A DNA stretch of 64,000 nt from Trichosphaerium sp. ATCC 40318. Taxonomy: Eukaryota > Protista > Tubulinea. Both the position numbers and the translations under genes were made by a program. Where the stretch lies: NCBI GenBank assembly GCA_038496445.1, contig JALMLS010000285.1, positions 62,001 through 126,000 of the forward strand, read 5' to 3'. A model generated the notes under the pieces. The model saw only the letters and a program-made list of their open reading frames with translations, had not been told where the DNA came from and ran no database searches. This document shows, one piece after another, positions 53,910-64,000 of this stretch (its first letter is position 1; every line of letters starts with the position of its first letter).

Positions 53910-56340
53910 ATGCGGCTACTGGTACGTATTCTACAGTTTGTACCGAACCAATACGCGTAGGAGACTCTAGAACTGCTTCTTTTAACAATTACTGTGGTCT
54001 CAAGTTTGGAAGTAATTTTGCCGGTCAGCGAAGCAGCTAATTACACCCATGCAAACTACTGGCGTATGAAATATCAAGGATGGTCGCGGTTTGAAGGTAT
54101 TTAGTGACAGCAATAAGATTTGGTTTTTTTTTTCAATTTTGACATGTAAAAAACAGGACGACTGGTAGACGCAGATGTTAGCTCTAGTGATATTAGTGGC
54201 AACATAGCGTTACATGAGGACAGCAACACTTTCACATCAAATATAGCGAATGATTTGATAAAGCGAGGTGCCGCTGCTATTGTATTTATTGATGACTTTT
54301 CCGGTACAGTTTTCGCTAAAACTCCGTCCGTTCGCGTTATTTACTTTGTGTACTTAGATACGCCTGGTTTGTTCGGTGAGAACTTGGGCGCTCAAATACC
54401 AATAATAGGAGTTGGTAGAAGCGTTGGCAAGATATTAAAGGTGCTTATTGTCAAGTATATTGTTTTTGTAAACTGGCGTTATCTAACTAAAACTAAAAAG
54501 GATATTATTGCTTCTAATGACTCTACATTGATTCGTGTATCACAAGATGAAGGAAAAAATGAATTCCTAGATGTTTGTAATTACACAGTATGGCTATGGG
54601 CTGCACTCGCTCTTTTTGTATACTTTGATACTTGCTTGGCGTCTTGGCGACTATACGTACGTAAAGAGATTAAAACAGTTCCTAAAAAAGAGGAGAAGAA
54701 AAAGGAAAAAAGTCAACCAAATCTGTCTATTTTGTGTTATTGGTGACGTCGACAATGGAATGTCCTTAACCTGTCATTTAGAAATTTGTAAAGAGATTTG
54801 GTTTTGAATTTTCTGTAGCTCAGATTTGTCTATCACTCGAGATATTAGCTGGTTTTCGTACGTCTTAGAAGGTGCTTTTTATTGTTTACTTATCTTGGAG
54901 ATTAGTTCGCTTCATTTTTTTTGCAATTGATCCTCCTCTGTACTGCCGAAATATTTTCCATAGATTTGCATCACAACTGCTGTTAACTATAACAATGCCA
55001 ATATCATTAGCAACAACACTACTTATAACATTCTTTTGGTACCAGATTTCAAATAATTTATTTGTTTTTACTAACTTTTTTTTAAAAGGTTTGAATTAAT
55101 GTCCAAGGCTAAGATCAGGGGGACTATGCCTATGCTTGTTCAATACAAACTTCCTTATATATTTCTAATAGCATTTATTACTATTCTTGAGTTTGCACAT
55201 AGTTTCATACGCGCATTTCAATTATCAATTCGGGTACAACTTTTTTTCTCGTTTTTTTGATAATTTTTTTTGTTTTGCAAAGACTTGATATTGTATACGG
55301 CGGCTTTTCAGTTATTTCTCTTTTCTGATATAGTTGAAGTTTTATATGCATTCTTAGTACTCACAATTTTTACTCAGATATTAGAAAACATCATAGAACG
55401 TCAACATCATGATATTTTTTTTTCCAACAAAATTCACTTTATAAAATACTAACGTAGTTATTTTTCTTAGTTGCTAGCGGTGCTACAAACAGGATTTTAT
55501 TTATTAACAACACTACTGATTACAATATTCTTCTTTGTCTGTGCTATAAGGATATTTAGAAGACTGAATAAAGCAAGAAAACTGACATCAGCCAAGTCAC
55601 GAAAAACTTTGTACAAAGTACGTAAAAGAATAATCTTCTTTTTTTTCATCGAATTTTCACGTCATCGTCAATTGATTAAAACGTTTTTTATTCTGAACGA
55701 TTTTTTTTATTTTCTATCAATGCAATATCCAGAAAATAAGATATTACAACATTGCAAAGCGATGTTCTATTATCAAAACGTTTTGTTGAAAACACAGCGT
55801 AAAAAGAAATCCAAGGAAATAACAACAAAAAACCTGTTACTGACACGTGTGTTAGACAACATTGCTTATATTCGGAAGTGGTATTGGTAACCTTGTATTA
55901 ATATTAGCAAGCTGTTTACCACTTACACAATTTTTTACAACACCCATTGGCTTCCAAGTAACATGGTACGTAAAACAACAACATACATATTGTTTTTCTT
56001 TATTCTCAACAAAACAAACAACAATTTCTTTTCAAATATACCCGTGTAACACATAGTAAAACTTCGTGCATTATCTCGGACTGTGTGCCCGGAGGCAAAA
56101 TCATCTTCCGGACTTACGAAAGCGAGCATAATTCCGTACTCACGTTATTATAACAGGCTTCTTATCTACGTATCTCTCACTGTTGTGAGTACTACGCAAA
56201 TTCTTGCATTTTCTGTTCCACCAAAGGATAAGCGTGGTTCAATCCAAAAGAGACCAAAAACTGCAAAAACTGTATCAGATAACTCAGGAAAAAGCTCACC
56301 GAAGGGTGTTGAACTATCAACATTGGAGGAAATGATATAA
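53910..56340 (+). CDS. PA (protease-associated) domain + 7TM GPCR-like protein
   Basis: Signal peptide; LIKRGAAAIVFID..IPIIGVGRSVGKIL (PA-domain pattern); about seven hydrophobic helices in downstream exons; basic C-terminal tail. Confidence 0.65.
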
Positions 56341-57176
56341 CTCAACAACAAGAAAAAGAAAAAAAAAAAGTACTCAACGTACTTGTACAATAACTGGAAA
56401 TAATGTATGTAACTATGACAAAGGGAATATAAAAACCCGCATGTAAAACATCAACAAACGTTTTACAACCTTTTTTTTTTATTTTGACACGTGATAAGCG
56501 TAATAAAATAGTGCTTTGACAAAAAAGTACCAAAAAACCGTTGAAACATTTCGTGGTATAGCACTGTAGTTTCTGTATGCGTCTGAAGTTTCGGAACAAT
56601 TACAAAAACCCGAACTAGGGATCACGTAGTGTTTAGTTAAAGTACAAATTTCGCCAACGGAGTTCAAGGGGATGACGTCACGCTGATTGACAGCGTCTTT
56701 GAAGTGTCTTTCAAAACTCTTGAAAATTACCTAAGATGCTACTAAGCCAAATTAGTTTAAAAACGCGTACCACTGTATATGTAACGACAGGGACAAGTGT
56801 ATGCACCTACTGTATTCTCTCCCACTACGGCAAGTTTTTTGTAAATTCCGTTATTCATAACTGCAGTTCTGTGTGCTTTTGAGTAAAGCACGCTATATTA
56901 CGGAGAGGTACACAGCTCTATGAACTTAAAACTGTTGCCTCATAAAATAACACTGTGTATTCTCTTCTACACCACTGCAGTTGTGTAGGTTTGCCGTTGG
57001 TGTATCCCAAACAGTAGTTGAAGGAAGCGGGCTTTCTTTTTTTCTCTTCGAAAAAACGTTATTATCATTTTACAAACTTCAACAACGTGGATAGCTTGAA
57101 AAGGATGGAGTCCAGCTTTAAAGCGATATGTTCGTCATAAACTACGTGTATTTCTTTTTTGTGCCATAGAGCCAAA

Positions 57177-57829
57177 ATGGATCAATGCACCGTGACGAGG
57201 TACTAGCTAGCGAGATTAAGCCTGTTCCAAAATCCGATTTAACTAGGTGCCGTTGTTTCAAGTCATGTGCACTTTGTCATTACAGAACTCCCACGAATGA
57301 GCACGCCTCAAAAGGGCCTCAGTCAGTACTTACTACATTTTAAAGTACCCAAGCAGGTAGGTTATATTATCTAAAAAGCGCTAACAGCACATATAGGCAC
57401 TTCTGAAGAGCAAATTTAATGATGCAACCTTTAAAACATACCCACTGTTCTCAATGTTCCGCAGCAGCAATGGTAAAGGCGTAGGTACTACAGAGGTGTA
57501 AAACTTACTGGTAACCGTCACGTTTAGATAATTCTGACGCCCATGAACATCAACAGAACTTTGACGAACAGCTAGTAGAGTTCAAAGCGCTGGTTTCGCA
57601 ATTATCAGTTTACAGCAAAACAAAAACATTACTCCTACAATTTGAAGCCTCTGAAACACACACACTCGTTATCACCCCTGGTACTGAGATGCGAGTAAGC
57701 TCTAAACCTAGAAGGGCACTACAACAAATGAACAAGGTATCGTCCTATGGCGTGTCTAAGAGGAGGCCACGCCGAAAGATGCATTTAAACTATCTTATGA
57801 CGACAGAAAAAAAAACAATAACAAACTAA
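57177..57829 (+). CDS. Hypothetical protein
   Basis: A chain of GT-AG-bounded exons gives a ~150-aa product ending ..KMHLNYLMTTEKKTITN-stop; 5' structure uncertain. Confidence 0.35.
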
Positions 57830-60087
57830 AATGCTGTTCGAACACAACCTGCTTTCATTTTATTTTTCCAGGCTAGCATCACACCCTGCTCACTCTTTTC
57901 ATATCTTTTTAACGTAGTAGAATCGTTACACACCAAAAAAAATGGACACCAGTTTTATCTTTTTCGTTCGAGTTTAAAAAACGACCCACGTGATTAAACC
58001 CTGATCGTTGACACGTGTGTTGGTGCTTTCCGCGGATAATCCGGAGAGTTTTCATGAAGGTAAGTGGTTGACCAAGAGAATTGAGCAAAGTTAAACGCAT
58101 GTAAAAGTCACGTGTTGAGGAACGGTTAATGCATGAAACGGTTTTTTTAGGGTAAACCTGTTTATTATTTTTTTTCGCTTTTTGTTAGTGGAAGCTTAAA
58201 AAAAAATCAATGACACTTCATGCACAACTACGTAATTTATTCAAGAGTGCAACTAAAACACATTTTAGACGAATAAACGAGAAGACCACCATTCATTACA
58301 ATAGTCAATACGGCTTGAGAGCTACTTCGAGACACATTAGAAAAAAAATGGAAGAAGTAGAATAATTTCGCTACAAACTAGTTGAACTCGTTTTGCATGG
58401 AACCTTTCAACGCTCTAAAATACCCTACGAGTGGCTACACAACGCACAGATTAGCTTCTATTCTACGAAGAGACTTTTTTGCTTCTATAGCCAAATTATA
58501 GGTCATTAGCTTGCTCTATGTTGTACCCTCGCTGTACTGTTCTTAGGTGTACATACGAGACATAGCAAAAATGTTCCTTGAATAACTTTGTCTAGAATCA
58601 GTAAAATACGTACCGCAGCCGAGCAAAGATAAGACGTGAGGTACTTTGATTCAAATTCTGTTGTTTTAAAGTCCCTTTTACAAACATGCCTGAGATGCTC
58701 CATAATGATAGCCTTGATCTAATAAAGCTCGTACAGCGTTTGGTACAAACCAATTACGGTGTCATGAGCGAGTAACAGTCCCTGCTTGGTAAGAATAAAA
58801 GTAGTTTTTGGTTTTATTTCAGTATCCATGCTTCACTATGCGGTCGTCATCTACGAACTTGTACGGCGAATTCAGTGTTTGTGAATGCTAAAATCTTAAA
58901 GCAAACAACTGCTTTTTTTCAATTCAAGTGCCTACTGGTTAGAAGAGACCTTTTGTTTGATAAAACAAACTTGCAAAGTAGTCAAACACTATATTTTTAA
59001 TAGTCACTCTAGGTTCCCATCTTGAACCCCAGCGTTGAGAGAACGCCAAGAGTTATCAATAGATGTTTCGAATTAACACTACAACCTAAAAACAAAGTCC
59101 TTTACCTTGGCGTTAGGTACCACACAAAAACGTGATATATAAAACAAGCATTTTATCCACAGTGTTTTCATAAATTCTAACTTCCTGCTCTGTGCACTGT
59201 GTAATATGGACAACGTATAAACACTGAAGTGTTCTACAAACATGGGATAACGTTTAACGCATCGGTCTTCTATTTGGTTGAAAACCAAGTCAACTTGTTT
59301 TATTTTTACTTATTACAGCGACACGTGACCATTTAGCGATATTTACGGCGTACCAGGTCTTGAAGGGGTCTTAAAACAAAAGTATTCATAAAAGGGTATT
59401 TTCAACTACGTGTGCGCACTGTTAGCGAAAAATCAGCGACTGCGGTAGTTGTAAGAGTATTGTGTCAAACAGTGTTTTGTCACATTTTCTATGTGTCAAA
59501 ATATTACGAACAGATTTCGTGCTTGGCACGTCACCTCGCGGACATGAACAATTTGATTCGACTTGCCAACTTTTATCCAATGATGTCACTTCATACAACT
59601 ATCGATAGCCGCCCTTAATGAAACTAATCATCCATTCTCAGTGCTCCAATAAGACCGTGATAAAATTCTCTGTGATAATCAAAGTTATCAAACCTACCTG
59701 CTTTCTCATTAATGTAGTTCCTGTTATTTCGATGAAATTAAAGTGCTTGACAAAGCCAAAGGGATAACGTAAGAAGCAAGGGAATTCCAACTAACGCCAG
59801 CCACCCACTGAGTTAATTTAGCATACCACTGCCAAAAATCGGCTGCATAACTGTTTTCGATACGTATGAGCACCATTGATAGCCTGTTGACTCGCTAGAA
59901 AAAAGAAAAAAAAAGAAAAACGAATGTCGCTTCGTTTTGTGTTAAGTTACACTGAAATACAGTTAATTCAATAGACGACCACTACCTATTGCATATAATT
60001 ACATACCGCTAATTTGACTCGAATTTGAGGCCTTTTGACTACATATTCGTTTTCACGTGCCTAAAACCTTTGTTATTCGCCAAGAAA

Positions 60088-61301
60088 ATGCTTAGTAAAC
60101 GCCTTGGGCTATCTTTTGGTGCGTATCTGTCAGTATTTTAATTAATTAAACTAAAACGTACGTCACTTACTACAAAAAAGCCACAAAAGATAAGGAGCTA
60201 GAAAGAGCATTAAACGAAATACAAACAAATTTGGTCCACGAGAGAAACGATAAAAAACGCCAAATTACGCTGATAGGGATAGCGGAGGTATCAACGTTTA
60301 ACTATGAGCTAAACCGCTTCCGGAACATTTACTGTGACTCCATGGGTTGACGTTATATATTCACCTTTAAAGCACTTTAACTTACTGTGAGAGAGATGTT
60401 AGGTTTGGATAGTATTAGGGACGTCTATGACTTTTATTCATCTACTATAAACCTATTGGCATTTGACTTTCCACTGTCCAAAACGTGCGTTGTATTCGAA
60501 AGAAAAAAAAGAAGCAAAACCTTTAGCAAAAAACACAGCAGACTCCTAAGGCTTTTTTTGAACAATCACGTGATAATGTTCAAAAAGGGTTGGTTGGAAA
60601 TTTTGAGTTTTTTTATTGTTTTCGGGCGTTTTTTTGATTAATTTTTCGTTCTCGTTCGTTCGGTGACTTTTGTAGAGTTGGCTCTGTCCGTCTTATCAGA
60701 GAGAATATATCACTTTTTCATATTGCAGAAGTTGAAGCATATCTCAAAGGTTTCTCCTCATATATAAATAAAAAAAGATACACATTCTTATTTGTCTCAC
60801 TCCTAACCGCCTAGATAAAAATATACATAAGGATGATATTGTTCAAGTTGATTGGTTATGCGTAGATTACGAACACAGACAATACAAGGCACGTGGGATT
60901 TTTTTGAAAGATGAAACGAAATAATCTTTTTTAAAATTTTTTTAGTTATCTGTATCATTTTACAAACTTATCAAACGATACTTGGGTCTATGGAATAAGT
61001 CACACGTGATAATGTATTGTGACGAAGAGAAGATGCCTTACTTCATGTACATACTAGTGCCTGCAACAACTGCAAAAAAAAAAGCCGATAAAAATAAATA
61101 CGGCAATACGCCACAGCTTTTGTTTTTGCACTTTGGATTTTTTTTTGATAGTTTTTTGTTCTTACCTTTATTGTTAGGAAGTGGACAGGTTTCAAGTTCT
61201 TAACGTTCTCTACAAGAAAGTCAAAGAAGCACAAGGAATATACAATTGGGGTTTTCCTATTCACGTTCGAAGATGTCGATGTAGAATGGGTCGAAGATTG
61301 A
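60088..61301 (+). CDS. GNAT-fold N-acyltransferase, FeeM/LasI-like (barely represented in the ORF track)
   Basis: Six-exon-scale model: ..ELNRFRNIYCDSMGLDSIRDVYD..LLAFD..VGSVRLI..VQVDWLCVDYEHRQYKLS..YCDEEKMPYFMKWTGFKFL..; all junctions keep frame, one is GC-AG. Confidence 0.6.
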
Positions 61302-64000
61302 AGATATTATTTTTCTACAACCATAAAACGTAAATCTTTTTCAAGAAGACAACTATTGTGTCCCTCCCGGAGGTTATGTGTTTATTTTTTTCGTGCTTGT
61401 TTGTAATTATAATTCACAATATAAAATTGTATATCATTGGCAATAAAATATAGTTTTATTATGTCGTAGACACTTGTTAGAAACAGTTCCGAAGATGCCG
61501 GAAAAAACAAGATTTTTTCCTTCCGAATGGTTGTATCCCAAAAACCTTCATTTCCGTTTTTTTTTTTGTATGTTTAATTACAATTAATTAATATCTTTAC
61601 CTCTCATCGTTATCATTATGCATAACTAGTCAATGACGTTATGTAGTTTATAAATGAGGACATTTTACATAAATACCTCAAAACAGTTAAAAAAGATCAC
61701 TCGAATAAACCTACACCTATCAGACTTCCTTTCAAAAAAACCTAAATTTAAACACGTGCTTTGGTGCTTTTTTTTTTCAAAGATCCAATTTTCTTCTTTT
61801 AGATCTTATCATAGACCTAAATAGCGATAAAAAACCCGACATTACACACCAAAAAACAATGTACATTTACCCGACGTATCTTGATAAATTTGCTAAATTA
61901 CAGAAAGCGTGTATGCACCACCGATTTGCATTCATTTCTATCGAATGTCATTGTTTTTTTTGAGGCTAAGATTAATCATTAGGTTTTATGGCATCCTCGT
62001 GAAGTTTTCGTCCATCTACGATGTGTATCACCCATGTGATTGTAATAAGCTATAATCAAGTCGTTCATAGCCTATTCTAACGACCCTGTATCTCGAAATC
62101 GTAAGAGCATTATTTCGGCAGCGGATACGGAGTTTAAGAAATCTTATAAAATCGTCAGTTAAACAAAGCAAGCAACACAAGCACAACACTTCTAAAACAC
62201 ACAATGAGCAACTACAGCAAAGCACCAGTAATCTTCTATCCACGTGCTATCAAGCAACAACATGCAATGTTACCACCACTACGATGTGTCTTAAAGCAAC
62301 GTACGTTGATAACATCAAAAATGTCAAGAGAACCTGACATTAAAAAAAAAAGCCCAAAACAAAAACACTGCTAACGCCCAACTTTTTAGTACCTTACACA
62401 CGTTGGTCTGTCACTCATGTTGGTCCTCAGAAGAGAATCTATCGCGCTAAAGCAACACTAAAAAGGAAGACAAAACCACATGTTAAGAAGTACCAGATGG
62501 AGTCTTTTAGCAAGGTTTACAATATGAACAAAGGTTCGTTCTTTGTGTATTTAAAAATACAAATGAGGCACTTATATGGCCGTGAAAAAAAGGATTAATT
62601 TGTGACACATTGAGAAACTGACGATTTTTTAATAGCTTACAGCACAGAGCCAGATGATTTTTGGATATTTGAGTTCGGCCCTGCATGCAAAGCAGATAAC
62701 GAGATTGAAAGTAAGCCAATACTGCCACAATCAAACCATTCAGCATTCCGAAGAGTTAAAAGAGGCACATGCGTTATGTAGATAAGTTTTCGGCGATTTT
62801 CGTCGGAGATAGATATCTATCAACCCTTCCTTTTGTATCATAAAAAAAACAAACCCAAAAAATCTTCAAATGAAAAAAAACGCTTCTAAAGTGAAGCGTT
62901 ATCACGTGAGGAGAGAAATAATTAAAAGATGTATTTTTATATAAATAAATAACAGTTAAATCGTTGTATTTCTTGCCTTGTGTTATTCTACTACGCTACA
63001 ACTACACTACTACGCTATTATTTTTTTTCTTTTTACCAAAGAGATAAAAAAAGAAACTGTTTGGGAAAAAAGTAAATTCGAAACTATTGAACTCCTACAT
63101 CAACGACATAGTTTTGAATAACATGAGCGTATCCGGAGTGCGATATCTCGCTCACGGAAATCAGGAACACAAGAGCACAGGTCCGAGGTGAATTTTTCCG
63201 TCGATTATTACGACTATGTTTAACAGGAACAACTCAAAAAAAACCCCCAAAAAAAAAAAAAGACATTGGTCAGCGCACCTCCGCTACTTTTGACATCCCA
63301 ATTAATATTGTACCACATGAAACATTCCTCTTTTATCGCAACAATACAGCGGTGTACCTATGGCAACAAGTTGTAAGCACCCTATGTGTACACGGAAAAA
63401 AAACCTTCTGCCCAAGATTTTTGATTATTCACGTGATCTAGCTTCGAAAAGAGGCAAAAAAAAAAAGAAAAAAATTATTGTATTTTGAAAAGCAGGTGTC
63501 GGATACTTCTCTAAAAGGCGTGAGTCGCTTTCAGTACCTACAAATAGCTATACTAAGCAAGTTCCTCTACCTGATAACGCTAAAACAAAAGCCATCGGAG
63601 TACTGATCAAGAAATAATACAAAATAAAATAAAAATCAGAAGAAAAGTTTAATGATACCCACACGTGATAGCGTAAAATAACTACGATGTAATCCAATTT
63701 CAGAAGTGAAGTGTCCTACGTACTAGTGAATTAATTTACAGATACGGATACCATACAAGGAATACAGCAAGTCACTATACAATCGCACTTGATGTTCTAC
63801 TTGTGGGAGGTTTGTTTTTTGTGGATAAAGCGCTTAACTTCATCTAAGGAACGAAATAACCGCGTGACATAGTACGTTAGTAATACTCGTACGCGTCAGT
63901 AATGAGTAGAAAAAAACCAAAGACAGCCAACCATTATTTTGACCAAAACCTCCAAGATTTACCTTTACTGCACCTTCTACTGTGGCTCGCTGTAATATGT

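Noticed and set aside
58400-59900. Possible small minus-strand genes (MDTEIKPK.., MVLIRIEN..)
   Set aside because: Some exon-like stretches are present, but I could not build a complete model or recognise a domain.
61900-64000. Short ORFs and CAA/CTA-rich low-complexity runs
   Set aside because: No consistent reading frame or motif; treated as intergenic or the upstream region of a gene outside the window.

Overview
Gene-dense, AT-rich eukaryotic (protist, most likely amoebozoan; inferred from the Ras, SarB-like, Frizzled/Smoothened-like and WH2 gene set) nuclear DNA with about 28 genes broken by many ~40-60 nt introns (typical donors GTACG/GTAAG/GTATG). The supplied ORF track is therefore mostly exon fragments and antisense shadows. 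All gene models below were spliced by hand, so boundaries are approximate. Recognisable genes include PRP18, SQOR, PFK, Ras, a SarB/Sar1-like GTPase, a GEP4-type PGP phosphatase, a GH79 heparanase-like hydrolase, a mitochondrial carrier, a DENN-PH protein, a BAH/AT-hook protein, a 3xWWE-macrodomain protein, a Frizzled/Smoothened-like receptor and a stand-alone Rrp5 C-terminal HAT module. The most notable signal is a four-member family (2546-4307 +, ~11827-14149 +, 35125-36468 -, 36709-39272 +). Each member has a variable number (3, 4, 4, 6) of ~70-75 aa Trp-rich tandem repeats, most of them encoded on symmetric phase-2 exons. Three members end in a PD-(D/E)XK nuclease of the Vsr/DUF559/RAP type, and one stops just before the nuclease core. 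This looks like a modular repeat-array-plus-nuclease system. Other oddities: a Crinkler/RHS-like REase-kinase gene, a bacterial-style FeeM/LasI-like N-acyltransferase, a U12-type intron with a non-canonical 3' end, an extremely acidic repeat membrane protein with a 1-nt frameshift, and a strong excess of CACGTG.
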